From the human T2T-CHM13v2.0 reference genome, Homo sapiens, in NCBI RefSeq assembly GCF_009914755.1, contig NC_060937.1: DNA of 64,000 nt. The stretch is one strand, 5' to 3'. Shown here one piece after another: positions 27,666-42,146 of this stretch. The position numbers were made by a program, and so were the translations under genes. Positions within the stretch are counted from its first letter, which is position 1. Every line of letters begins with the position of its first letter. Under the pieces are notes generated by a model. That model did no database searches and was not told the origin of the DNA. It saw only the letters and a list, made by a program, of their open reading frames with translations.

Positions 27666-29541
27666 TCATACTCACTGTTTCAAAATAAAATTCAAAATAG
27701 CTTATTAATTTTCATCCACCAATTCATTTGATTAACAAATGTCTTTGGCTGTTCCAGCTACACTTACAAATTATCTGAAAGCAGTTGCAGCGAATGAGAA
27801 GTTCATTCTATGTTCTGTTCCATGAAGGAGGAGAAGCTGCGGTCGTATTGGGTTCCCTGGGGGAAGAGAACCTACTTTGCTCACATTTACGACACTGCAA
27901 ACATCACCTGTGCACAGGTGCCTCTCAAAGAAGCTGTCACACCCACTAGAAAGGTGCCACTTTCAAAGGCTAACTTATAACTTCAATACTCTCTAATGAA
28001 CCTTTGTATGTATCCCATTTTAGTAGTATGACTTTATAAAAAGCTCATCAGCCAATCACATTTAGCATTAAATGTTCTAATTCATCTGTACAAAGATAAT
28101 GACTGACTTTACAGCCAACCCCATATTCTTCAGCTAAAAAAGGATCTTGGTATGAAGCACATACCAGAGATTACATAATCTAATCATAACTGTACATGCA
28201 ACTCTTCCTATATGGAAAAGGAAAGCTATCTTAAAACATACTATGTAAAGTGCATTACACAAAATGAATGCAATTAAAATTTAATATAATTTACTGTATT
28301 TACAACATATAAATAGACTCAAAATACAACCATGAAATCAAGCAAGTGACGCTCTTTCTATAGAATGAGATTGGCACTAATTCATACATGCACTACAGTC
28401 ACAGCACAATAAAATAAGAATAAAAATGAACGCATAGTATTTACAAAATAAGTGATGTTTCTCTATTAAATTGATTCTCTATTAAATTTTAGCACATCTC
28501 CAGTTACAATGTACCCCACCTGCCAGTGTGGAAAATGTTTTGTCACACATGATGACTTTTGCAATTTGTTTCAATATAAAACATACTAGCACTTTATATT
28601 TGAGGTCGGTTATATCGAATGGAAAATTAACTTTTCCATATTATTCCAAAGAGCAGAGCTACCATAACTCAACTGATCTATCAACAACTGTAATCAAATT
28701 TCAAATGTCTAAGCATTCATAAAACATGACAAATTAACAGTGCCTATCACAGGAAAGGACTATAGGTGCTGAAGGAGGTGGTGCTCACTGGAGGGTCCCA
28801 AGAAGAGTTGGGGACACCTGCTGGGGACACCCCAGAGGCACCTGAGTCAGTCAATACACAACATGCCTTAATCTCAAAACACAACACCCACAGGAAACAC
28901 AAACTCTACATTGCTGCAGTTTTCTTCTTTAAAAGGAAAATCCCAGATTCCCTCGAATATCCACTGCAACAAAGTAGCTGTCAGTTCTTTGAGTTTAAAC
29001 AAACTTTATTTTTAGCTACTATGACACACTTATAGTAGTATGTTTAAATATGTGTAATATGCTCACCACGAGGCCATGAAATGTAACTTTGTAAAGGAAA
29101 TGGTCTGTTTATCACAGTACCTAATTGCTGGAGTCTTCAGTAATCATCTAAAATGTGTAAAATGGTTTAGGGTTCAAGAGGAGAGTATAGTGTTCTTATG
29201 TTGTTATATAGACATTGAGGAAAATAAATTTTTAGTATGTTAACAGCAGTATAAATACCCCATTTTTATTCCCCGTCTTAAATAATACATGCACACTCAG
29301 CAACACCAAAGCTCTGCATCATAACAGCAGATGGATCATTTCAGACTCCCACTGCTCGTCCAGCCCTGAACAGGCAAAAGCACTATGTCTAGGTGAAGTA
29401 CTCTGGGTCACACCCTCAACTCTACCCAGAACTGACTCGCCATCCAGTGCAGTCACACAGGTCTAAAGTGGGACCTCCACAGACCATGGGCCAAACACAG
29501 TTCATAATGCAACAGCCAGGGGTGGAAAACTGTGCCACGCA

Positions 29542-30277
29542 GGACTTCTAGAAGGTGTTATCACTAAGACCCAAGGCCAAATGGACTTCTAGAAAGTGTT
29601 ATTACTGAGACCCACAGCCAAATGGGCTTCTAGAAGGTGTTATCACTAAGACCCAAGGCCAAATGGACTTCTAAAAGATGTTACTACTGAGACCCAAGGC
29701 CAAATGGACTTCTAGAAGGTGTTATCACTAAGACCCACGGCCAAATGGACTTCTAGAAGGTGTTATTACTGAGACCCAAGGCCAAATGGACTTCTGGAAG
29801 GTGTTATCACTAAGACCCAAAGCCAAATGGACTTCTAGAAGGTGTTATCACTAAGACCCACAGCCAAATGGACTTCTAGAAGGTGTTATCACTAAGACCC
29901 AAGGCCAAATGGACTTCTAGAAGGTGTTATTACTGAGACCCAAGGCCAAATGGGCTTCTAGAACATGTTATTATTGAGACCCAAGGCCAAATGGGTTTCT
30001 AGAAGGTGTTACTACTGAGACCCAAGGCCAAATGGGCTTCTAGAACGTGTTATTACTGAGACCCAAGGCCAAATGGGCTTCTAGAAGGTGTTATTACTGA
30101 GACCCAAGGCCAAATGGGCTTCTAGAACGTGTTATTACTGAGACCCAAGGCCAAATGGACTTCTAAAAGGTGTTATTACTGAGACCCACAGCCAAATGGA
30201 CTTCTAGAAGGTGTTACTACTGAGACCCAAGGCCAAATGGACTTCCAGAAGATGTTATTACTGAGACCCAAGGCCAA
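29542..30277. repeat. Minisatellite, 41-bp unit, 18 copies, intron 2
   Basis: Unit GGACTTCTAGAAGGTGTTATYACTRAGACCCAAGGCCAAAT; starts at 29542, 29583, 29624...30239. Confidence 0.97.
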
Positions 30278-30827
30278 CATCTACTCCACTTGGACAGTTT
30301 AACGGGGAGGCCCCAGCAGGGAAATGCACTGACCTTCGCGCAGGCCTCTTTTCTAGGCCAACTGAAAAGCACCACTGCGTTTGGCTTATACAGCCCAGAG
30401 AACTATAAGGATGAAGAGCTGGCCACCTGGAAAAACCACCTTTCAAACAGGACAGCTCATGTGTGGCGGCTCATTACTCAGAGCTGAGCTTCCCCTCAGA
30501 CTCTTCAGAGGTGAAGCAGGGTGGCAGAGCCCTGCCAGGGATAATCAGATAACCTACTCACCAACCAAAAGCTAACAAATGGAAAGCTTTCTTCTCTAAG
30601 GTGCCAGGATTTGCAAAAGCTTTATGCACCATCCCAGAATTAAACATTCTAAAGTATTATGTTCTAATAGTTCTGACTCTACAACAGAATTGACTTGTCC
30701 TTATTTTGTACCAATATTAAAATGCGCTTGGGAACTACATACACACCTACACACATGCATACATACATCTGCTTAAGCTCTGACGAGTTTAAGAATCCAA
30801 CACATGACATTTAAGAAAAATACGTAC

Positions 30828-30935
30828 GCTCTTTCTTGATTTTTTCAGCTACTAAAAATTCATCTCTTTCAACAGTTGGGGCGAAGTTGCTGCCAATCAC
30901 CCGCACAGCATACTGGAACTGCTGGGCTACATCAG
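30828..30935 (-). CDS. TUBGCP3: TUBGCP3 exon 2 ([36 protein letters not shown])
   Basis: Acceptor TTTCAG/, donor GC/GTACGT; 108 nt, phase 1-1. Confidence 0.95.
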
Positions 30936-32012
30936 CTGAAAGACAAACAAAAGGATGCGGATTGTTACCAACCAGGTTACGTTCTGGTCACCTGAAGCTT
31001 CCAGTTCAAGACAGTGAACTAGTAATAACATCTATCTTCCACCTCCCCAAGGTCTTAACTGAGAGGACAGAAAAGCTATTAAGATATCAAAACAGAATGA
31101 ATGAATGAAATAAGAGTTCAATAAAATAAGAATGAGAACAGTAACACACCAGAGAGTCTGAAAAATCCTAGATGACAAAAAACAAACTGGCTCAGTAATC
31201 ACGAAAAGAAAAGGAACAGAAAGGGTCACATCCCAACACATGAACAAGAAGAGGAGGCCGGGTCAAGAGAGCCTCTGAGTAACTCCAGGGTCAACACACA
31301 CAAAAAGCCAGAAGCAGGTCACTCAACAGTCAAAATAGACAGTTAATTTGCATTTTCACCTCTAGATGAAGATGACAGCTTAAACGCATGTGCCTCTACT
31401 CCCTTCAAAAACACCATAAAATTGAGGATAAAGGAGTTTTTAAAACTAAAAGCATAAACCAACAAGGACAAAGAAAACAAGGCAGAAAGGAATCAAAGAG
31501 AAGTCAAAAAATGTGAGAAGCTGGACTGCAGATAGATGTGTGGTAACTGATTCAAGAGGACAATGAAACCGGAACACTAAATGTCCGTCAAGTTAAGAAT
31601 GGGGAGAGGGGAGTGGGAGGAACAAATGTCAAGAAGAAATAACAGTTCCCACTGCAGAGCCCAGGCAGGCTCAGGAAAGGAAGGAACTGGATACTCTCAG
31701 GATGCAGAAGCAAGCAGGGCTGAAGGGGGAGACCTGGCTGCAAGTTTGGATGGAAACAGACTCCTGGGTCCTCCACCCAATCCCACGCTGCCAGACAACC
31801 ACCGAGACCCGCCCAGCAAGCCTGGTCTGGATGGACACTAGGGTGGCCCCGGTCACTAAGTAAAGTTAACAGACAACTCAGGGATCCCCAGTCCTTCCCA
31901 GAACTCCAGGATGCACAATTTGTCTATGGGAAAACTGATCAGCCCAAGAGAAAAGAGAGACAGATGGTGATGAGTGGGGATCCCCAACAAGCACACGGGT
32001 CTTTGTCAAATT

Positions 32013-34630
32013 CAGACAGACCACAGAGATAGTGCAGATCTGGTTCCAACCACCATATTAAAGAAAATATCACAAAAAGTGAGTCACATGAAACTTTTTG
32101 TTTTCCCAGTGCATATAAAAGTTAGGTTTAATTTACTGTGGTCTGTTAAGTGTGGAACAGCATTATGTCTAAAAAGAAAAAAACATATACACACCTTAAT
32201 TCAAAAATACTTTATCGCTAAAAAATGCTAACAATCATCTGAGCCTTCAGCAAGTCGAAATCTTTTTGCTGGTGGAGGGTCTCACCTTGATGTTGACGAC
32301 TACTGACTGACCAGGGCGGTGGTTGCTGAAGGCTGTGGCAATTTCTTAAAATAAGACAACAATGAAGTTTACCACATCGATTGACCCTTCCTTTCATGCT
32401 TCTTCTCTATAGCATGTGATGTTGTTTGATAGCATTTTACCCACAGTAGAACTTCTTTCGAAACAGAAGCCAGTCCTCTTAAACCCTGCCACTGTTTTAT
32501 CAACTAAGTTTATGTAATATTCTAAATTCTTTGTTGTCATTTCAACAATGTTCACAGCACTTCAGCAGGAGTAGATTCCACCTCAAGAAACCACTTTCTC
32601 TGCTCATCGATAAAAAGCAACTCCTCATCCCTTCACATTTTATCATGAGATTGTGGCAGTTCAGTTACCTCTTCAAGATCCTCTTCTACTTCTCCTGCTA
32701 TTGCCACCACATCTGCAGTTCCTTCCTCCACTGAAGGCTTGAACCCTCAAAGTCATCCATCATGGCTGAAATCACTTTCTTCCAAACTCCTGTTAATGCT
32801 GACAATTTGACCTCCCATGAATCACAAATGATCTTAATGGCATCTAGAATGATGAATCCTTTCCAGAAGGTTTTCAATTTACTTTGCCCAGATCCATCAG
32901 AGGAATCACTATCTATGGCAACTATAGCCTTATAAAATGTGTTTCTCAAGTGATAAGATTTGAAAGTTGAAATTACTCTTTGGTCCATGTTCTGCAGAAC
33001 AGATGCATGTTAGCAGGCATGAAAACAACTCCAGGTGCATTCTCAATGAGCAGTAAGGAATCTTTTTCTGAGCAGTAGACCTTAATAGGAGGCTTAAAAT
33101 ATTCAGTAAACCATGCTATAAAAAGATGTGCTGTCATCTAGGCTTTGTCGTTTCATTTCTAGAGCACAGGAAGAGTAGATTTAGCATAACTCCTAAGGGC
33201 CCCAGGATTTTTGGAATGGTCAACGAGCACTGGCTTCAACAACTTCAGTCACCTGCTGCATTAGCCCCAGACAAGAGTCGGCTTATTCTTTGTAGCTCTG
33301 AAGGAAGGCACTAACTTCTCCTCTCTAGGAATGAAAGTTGGCATCTTATTAGACGCCAATAAGATGGCATCTTATTCCAATAGAAGGGTGTTTCACTTAC
33401 ACTGAAAATCTGTTGTTAGTGTAGCCACCTTCCCCAATGATCTCAGCTAGATCTGGATGACTTGCTGCAGCTTCTCCATTAGCAGGTGCTGCTTCACCTT
33501 GCATTTTTATGTTATGGAGACAGCTTCTTTCCTTCAGTCTCATGAACTAAAAACCCCTGCTAGCTTCTAACTTTTCTTCTGCAGCTTCCTCACCTCTCTC
33601 AGCCTTCACAGAATTAAGGTCTTGCTCAAGATTAGGTTTTGGCTTAAAGGAATGCTGTGGCTGGTTTGATCTTCTATCCAGACCACTCAAACTTTCTCCA
33701 TATTAGCAATAAGGCTGTTTCAATTTATTACTCTTGTGTTCACTGGAATAGCACTTGTAATTTCCTTCAAGAACTTTTCCTATTCAATCACAACCTGACT
33801 AACTGGCATAAGAGGCCTAGCTTCTCGCGTATCTCAGCTTTTGGCATGCCTTCCTCACCAAGCTTAACCATTTCTAGCCTTTGATTTAAAGTGAGAGGCA
33901 TGTGACTCTTCATTTCACTTGAACACTAATTTCTTTTATTATTATTTCTTCTAAAAAACAAAAAGCGGGATACATGTGCAGAACGTGAAGGTTTGTTACA
34001 CAGGTACACGTGTGGCAGGTTTGTTACATAGGTATACGTGTGCTGTGCTGGTTTGCGGCACCTAATGACCCGTCCTCTAAGTTCCCGCCCCTCACCCCCC
34101 ACCCTCCAACAGGCTCTGGTGTGTGTTGTTCCCCTCTCTGTGTCCATGTGTTCTCACTGTTCAACTCCCACTTATGAGTGAGAAGGTCATGTTTGGTTTT
34201 CTGTTGATCACTAATTTCACTTAAACAGTAAGAGGTCACTGTAAGGCTATTAACTGGCCTAATTTCAATATTGTTGTGACTCAGGAAATAGGGAGGCCTG
34301 AGGAGAGAGGGTGAGACAGGGAACAGCTGGTCGGCAGAGTAGTCAGAACATACACAACACTTTTTGATTAAGTTTGCGCACTTCATGGCACCCCAAAACA
34401 ATTACAACAGCAGCATCAAAGATCACAAGTTACACATCAACGTAACAGATGTAATAATCATGAAAAAGTCTGAAATACTGTGAGAATTTCCAAATATGAC
34501 ACAGAGATACAAAGTGAGCACATGCTGTTGGAAAAATGGTACCTAAAGACTTGCCCAACGCAGGGTGCCAAAAACTTCCAATTGTCAAATAACGCAGTAT
34601 CTGTAAAGGACAATAAGATGACGTGTGCCT
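32013..34630 (-). mobile_element. Tigger1 (TcMar-Tigger DNA transposon), near full length, degenerate
   Basis: Both ends resemble Tigger1 termini. ORF 32698..32988 ([45 protein letters not shown]) is a Tigger1/TIGD1-type transposase remnant. Confidence 0.92.
33927..34210 (-). mobile_element. Short L1PA 3'-end fragment nested in Tigger1
   Basis: GGATACATGTGCAGAACGTG...CCCACTTATGAGTGAGAA L1 3'UTR; contains a ~28-bp internal tandem duplication (AGGTTTGTTACA..CGTGTG). Confidence 0.88.
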
Positions 34631-35626
34631 GTCCTCCACAAGGAAGCTCAGCACTGGGCAAATGCTGCCCTAGCCAAGACCTTCCGACAACTCCACTCTT
34701 AAAGATGAAAAGAACAGGTATCGCCAGATACCTGAGGGCATCATCTAAAACAAAAAGGAGACAAACACAAGAAGGAAAAAAGGAAACTCTAAGAAAAAGT
34801 AACAACGTAGGGAATAAGAAAATGGGGGCAAGATGTACAAAAACAAGCTATAATGGCCTACGAGATTAGACATAACACATCCATGAAACAAAACAGTATG
34901 CCATAAATTCAGAGAAGACAAGCTCTTGAATATTAAAAGTATGAAGGCAGATGTTTTTTAAAATAAGTAGAAAGCTTGTATTTAAAGTTGAAGAAGTCTC
35001 TCAAAAACTAAAACAAAAAGGCAAAAAGATGGAAATTACGACAGCCAAGACAAGGAAATCACCAGATCAGCCCAGGCAGAAGTGGGGAGGGAGAAACCTG
35101 GAGTGGAATAAATGTCCAAAGAAGTCATACAAGACAGAAAGGATGAGAAGGGAAGGGCCTTGGAAGTTACATGGTTCACAGCAACTGCCTTAGCCCCAGG
35201 AAAAAATCCAGGCTCTCATCTCTGCAGAGGCAAACTCCCAATCTGAGGAACTCCCACCCTCAGTACAAGGGATCTGGGAGAAGAATGTTCCCCACTACAA
35301 TCTCAGCAGCAAAAGAACGTCAAGGGTCAGGAAGAAATCTTTCAGAAAGCCTCCACCTTCCGAAAGCAATCACTTCAATAAGTGGATTGGAGCTGGTGCC
35401 AGGGTGGGATAGCCTGCCTGTCTGCCCAACTTCTATGACTCTAGAAGTCAAGTTACCAGTAGATACCTCCAGATCCCCCCACCCCCACCACTGAGTGCTG
35501 GGCCCAGTTCAACCCGGGATGCAGAGGAGCAGCCCAACAGGGCAGTGCCCAGCTGCATCTGCCAGCAAAAGCCAACACTGTTCTCCATCCTAGGAAGGAA
35601 GTGGAACTATGAGTGGCACCTGGAAA

Positions 35627-36140
35627 TTCAAGTGGGCACTCTGAGCTCAGTATGGCTTCCTCTGCCCAATCCGCAGAGAATCTTTAAGTGAGCACTCTGA
35701 GCTCACAGTGTGGCTTCCCCTGCCCAATCCACAGAGAATCTTCAAGTGGGCACTCTGAGCTCAGTGTGGCTTCCCCTGCCCAATCCACAGAGAATCTTCA
35801 AGTGGGCACTCTGAGCTCACAGTGTGGCTTCCCCCTGCCCAATCCACAGAGAATCTTCAAGTGGGCACTCTGAGCTCACAGTGTGGCTTCCCCCTGCCCA
35901 ATCCACAAAGAATCTTCAAGTGGGCACTCCACGCTCACAGTGTGGCTTCCCCTGCCCAATCCACAGAGAATCTTCAAGTGAGCACTCTGAGCTCAGTGTG
36001 GCTTCCCCCTGCCCAATCCACAGAGAATCTTCAAGTGGGCACTCTGAGCTCAGTGTGGCTTCCCCTGCCCAATCCACAGAGAATCTTCAAGTGGGCACTC
36101 TGAGCTCACAGTGTGACTTCCCCTGCCCAATCCATAGACA
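35627..36140. repeat. Minisatellite, 56-59-bp unit, 9 copies, intron 1
   Basis: Unit TTCAAGTGGGCACTCTGAGCTC(AC)AGTGTGGCTTCCCCTGCCCAATCCACAGAGAATC. Confidence 0.96.
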
Positions 36141-36899
36141 ATCCAAAATCCCCAGAAATGTAACAAAGGATTTAAGGAAGATATAAACAAAACCAGAAAA
36201 GTGGATCTAAGAAGAGCACTCTTGGTGAAACAGAAACTGAAGAATCCCTGAAAGATGTAAAGAAAACAAACAGGATTGACTTGAAAGAAGAAACTAGAGA
36301 CAGAAGTCATCTCCGTCAAGACAGAGTAAGCACACTCCACTACTGATGACAATGTAAAACTCTGGCAAAAATACATAAAACACCTCCAATCAGACTCTGA
36401 ACAATGGGTAAGAGAAGCAGACTGGGTATGAAACTGATGAATCAAAGGAAATCCTGGAATGACTTCCCCCATTTTTGCTTTTTGATATTTTCTTTATGTG
36501 TTTGCTGTTTACTGCACCAGCTGGGGCTGGGTAACACTCCAAAACCCAAACCACAAACAGGCAAAGACAGAAAAACCTCCGAGCCAGGCCCAGTCTCCCC
36601 AGCCAGGGCCCAGGTGGGGAGGGAGGGAGGAAGCACCACAGCTCTCCCAGCCCTGCGCCAGGCTACCAGCCCCTTCTACCTTCAGGGGCACCCCCGCAGT
36701 GGGCTGCCCCATTCCACACTTGACAAGAACCAATAATGGCCCCAAAACTCCATCACAAGGCTGGCAGGCTGGGGGTTCGGATTTTAGCCAGAACATGAGG
36801 AAATGTGTTGGGAACCAGAGTGAGGGCAGCAGCACAGAAGAGGAAGCTGGAAAAAGTCACCCCTTAAAGCTGTGTACTATCGAGAAGGAGCCCAACTGA

Positions 36900-39440
36900 G
36901 ACATGATGAAAGATATCCTTAAAAATGAAAGGAAGAAGAAAGATATTCCATGAAAACACTATTCAAAGAACGTGAACTGGCTACATTTCTATCAGACAAA
37001 GTAAACTTTAGACTAAGAAAAATTAACAAGGATAAAGTAGGGATCACAAAATGATAAAAGGGCAATTCACCAAGATGACATAGCAATTCTAAATGTGAAC
37101 ACTCTAAACAGCAGAGCTGTAAGGCACATGAAGCAAACTCTAATAGAACTGAAAGGAAAAACAGACATTCACAAATACATCTGGAGACATCAAGGGGCAT
37201 TTCTCAGTAATCAAAAGGGCAAGTGAAGAGAAAATGAGCAAGGATATCAACTTGAACACCAACAACCAACTAAACCTAATCGGTATTCACACAACAGCCC
37301 ACCCCACAACAAAACAACACACACTCTTTTCAAATGCACGTGGAACATTCAGGACAGACTGAATTGTGGGTCACAAAGCAGTCTGATTAAATAGAAAACA
37401 ATAAAATTATTCAAAGTATGTCCTCTAACACTAACAGAATTAAACTAGTAATCCTTAACAGAATGGTATCTGAAAAATCTCCAAACATCTGGCAGTCAGT
37501 CAACACACACATGGGCCAAGGAGCCAATGAGCCAAGGAGCACCACAGTCACTGGAGCTGGAAAAGGCGACGCAGCACCCCCCAGAGCCTCCAGGGGTAGC
37601 CCAGCCCTGCAACCTGCAGTCAGCCCCAGGACACTGCCTTTGGCTCTGGTCTCCAGAAACACAGGGGAATAAACGAACTAATTTGTAATAATTTGTTACA
37701 GCAGTCATAGGAAAATTACGTACGTGCCTTTCATTACTTAAATTAAACCTTATTTAAAAGGTTGTTTTATATCGTTATATTACATCTTCACAGTAACAAC
37801 TACAAGACTTAAAAATTCATGGAATGAACGTAATTCTGAACAGCTAAAAAATTTAACAGAAGCAAGGCTGAGCTGTCAAAAGAAAGGTCAGAACAGGCCT
37901 CAAATTGGAAAAACTGCTACTCCTTTCTCTTTCTCTATAAAGGTCCTAGAAATCTCTCGGGGAAAAGCCTCAAACTACAGTAAATGCACTTTCAAGGGGT
38001 TGCAGTAGAAGAAAGCAATGCAACTTCTTACTCCAAGAGCAAGCACTTCAAACTTGCAGTCATGGGTGAATGAGTTCTGGAGACCTAACACACAGCATGG
38101 GGACGGTAGTTAATGACAATAGATTGTGTACTTGAAATCTGCTGAGAGTAAATCACAGGTTTTCTCACCACACACACAAACACACACAAAAAAACGGGTA
38201 CTGAGGTGAGCTGACGAACATATTGATTAGCTTCACTGTGGTAATCATTTCACAATCCATACATACATCAAAGCATCACATTGCATACCTTAAATATATA
38301 TTTTGGATTTATCAATTATACCTCAACAAAGCTGAAAAAAATACATGGGCAATAAAAACTGTCAAAGAAAATCAGAAAATGAATTGAATGAAAATAAAAA
38401 CACAACATATCAAAATATGTGAGATGTGGCTAAAACAGTCCTTAGAGGAAAATTTATAGCATAAAATGCTTTCTTTAAAAAGGAAGATAGACCTCAAATC
38501 AATAATCTCAGTTTATATGATAAAATCTGGAAAAAGAACAAACAAAACTCAAAGTACACATTAGGAAATGGTAAAACAAACAAACAAACAAAAAAAAACC
38601 CCAGCAGTCAATGAAATTTACAACAAAAAATGGTGGGGTGGAGGGAAAAAAAAAATTCTTAAAAAAAAAAAAGAAAAAAAAAATCACAGAATTGATAAAC
38701 CTTTGCCAGACTGACCAAGAAAAACAAGACAAGACACAGAATCAGGAAGGGATACTGCCACTGATCTTATAAAAATTTAAAAGATAATAAGGGCTAAGTA
38801 ATTTATGTAGACACTTCACTCTCAAGGAGGTAGCTAAAAAAACTCCATATCATAAGTGTGGGCTGGGCACACTTTCTTCCAAAGAGCACAATACAGGCAG
38901 AAAAAAAGAGTCACTCACAGCAGAGAAACCTGGCACACACACCTTAGCCAAGCGATCAAGGTCACTTTCAAGAATGATGAATCACCCTGGTGGCAGGTAT
39001 CCTCCATATGATGTGATGAAAATGTCACTTCACCCTGGGGGTCTTCCTCCCAAAAATATGTAGCCCCAGTCTAGTCATGATAAAAATATCAGACTCAGTT
39101 GAGACAGTCTACTAATAACCTTTAATCCTCAAAATTCTCAAGATCATGAAAAAAAAAGTCCGAGAAATTGTCAATGTCAAGAGAAGCCCAAAGAGACAAG
39201 ACAAATGAATGTAACATTCCTAGAGGGAGCCTAGAGACAGCAAAAGGCCACCGAGTGCTAAGTGAGGAAATCTAAATAACTATGGAGCTTGATTAATACT
39301 AGTGTATCATTATTAATTAATTAATTCTAACAAGTGTACCACGGTTATGTAAGACAAAATGGTACTGGGCTTACAGGAACTCTATATTTGCAATTTTTCT
39401 GTAAGTCTATCATCATTCTAAAATAAAACATTTTTTTAAA
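36900..39440 (+). mobile_element. Old L1M fragments (ORF2 endonuclease region and 3' ends) with an MLT1-like LTR piece at ~37520-37720
   Basis: ATCAGACAAAGTAAACTTTA-type ORF2 sequence; L1MA/MC-like 3' ends; MLT1-like AATTTGTTACAGCAG..AGGAAA; boundaries approximate. Confidence 0.7.
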
Positions 39441-39648
39441 ATATATTAATGCCAAGACTCACTTTTCACAAATTCTGATTTTATCAGTCTGGAGTGGGGA
39501 GCCATGGCATCAATATTTTTTAAAGCTCCGTTTTCAAACTTTTAGTCTTCAAGATAAGAAAGCAACTAAAATGTGAGGGGGGAAAAAGCTTTCTTTGGTA
39601 AACTCAAAAATGAATTTCAACCTATATCACATGCCACATATGAAAATT

Positions 39649-40547
<899 letters not shown>

Positions 40548-40938
40548 AAAATTAAATAGAAGAGTAAAACATAAGCCCCTCTTAGAAATAAAACAAAACA
40601 AAGAAATCTTTGCAACTTTGAGTTTGGCAGAGTTCCTACATGACACCAAAATGATGACCCATTTTTTTAGAAATTCATACATTGGCCTTCATCAAGATTA
40701 AAAACTTTTGCTCTGCAAAAGACACTGTTAAGAGAATGAAAATACTGAGAAAAAATATGTGCAAAACACAAAGACATAAGCAAAAGTTTTGAACAGATAA
40801 TTCACCAAGAAGACATATGAATGGCAAACACACACACACACACACAAAGATGTTCAACATCACTAGGAAAATTAAAATTAAAACCACACTGAGATATCAC
40901 AACACACTTGCTAGAATAGCTAAGATTAAAAACCACTA

Positions 40939-41405
40939 ACACTGCTGAGTGCAGGTGGGGCCACGGCATCCCTGGAGCTCTCCCACACTGCTGAGTGACA
41001 GTGGGGCCACGGCATCCCTGGAGCTCTCCCACACTGCTGAATGCCCGCGGGGCCACGGCATCCCTGGGGCTCTCGCACACTGCTGAGTGCCAGCGGGGCC
41101 ACGGCATCCCTGCAGCTCTCCCACACTGCTGAGTGCCCGCGGGGCCACGGCATCCCCGGAGCTCTCGCACACTGCTGAGTGTCAGGGGGCCACAGCATCC
41201 CTGGAGCTCTCCCACACTGCTGAGTGCCGGGGGGCCACGGCATCCCTGGAGCTCTCCCACACTGCTGTGTGCGGGTGGAGCCATGGCATCCCTGGAGCTC
41301 TCCCACACTGCTGAGTGGGGGTGGAGCCATGGCATCCCTGGAGCTCTCCCACACTGCTGTGTGCGGGTGGAGCCATGGCATCCCTGGAGCTCTCCCACAC
41401 TGCTG
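40939..41405. repeat. Minisatellite, 46-bp unit, 10 copies, embedded in an L1M 3' region (~40560-41800)
   Basis: Unit ACACTGCTGAGTGCNNGNGGGGCCACGGCATCCCTGGAGCTCTCCC; starts at 40939, 40985, 41031, 41077... Confidence 0.96.
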
Positions 41406-42024
41406 GTGCAGCGGCAAAGCAGCCACAGCCATACTGGAAAAGAGTCTGGCAACTTCTGAAAACAATGAGCATGCACCTGCCCTGAGGCCCAACAACCCCA
41501 CCTGCAGGTGTTTATTCTAGAAAACTAACTTAAGTTCACATAAAAAACCTGTCCATGAATGTTCATAGCAGCATTATCCATAACTGCCAAAAACGGAAGC
41601 ACTCCAAATGTCCCTCAGTGGTAAAATGGATAAACGGGTTCATCATACAATGGAACACTACTCTGCAATGAAAAGGTGAACTATTGATATGGCACTGTAA
41701 ATGCATCTCAAACGCGTTATACTAAGTGAAAGAAACAAGTCTCAAAACTTTTGACTGAACACTGTATGACTGCATTTACGTGAAATTCTAGAAGCAGAGA
41801 CATACACAGACACAGGATGGTGGCGGCCAGCACAAAGGCAAAATGGTAGCACAGAGGAAATCACTGTGAACCTAAACACTGAGAATTTTTTTAAATGGGC
41901 TAAATAGCAGAATGGAGATACTAAAGGACAATTTAAATGCAAGCTAGAAAATCAAACACAACAAAAGAACAGTTAGAAATTATGAAGAAAAAATAGTAAA
42001 ATTTTTCTATCATTAAAAAAAAGT

Positions 42025-42146
42025 CAGCCCAGCGTGGTGGCTCACACCTGTAATTGCAACACTTTCAGGGGCTGAGGTGGATCACTTGAGCCCAGGAGTT
42101 TGCGACCAGCCTGGACAATACAGCAAGATCCTTCTCAAAAAAAAAA
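42025..42146 (+). mobile_element. Alu monomer (FLAM_C-like)
   Basis: Left-arm Alu sequence with A tail. Confidence 0.8.

Noticed and set aside
40802-41520. Overlapping 190-224 aa ORFs
   Set aside because: Produced by the 46-bp minisatellite in several frames on both strands
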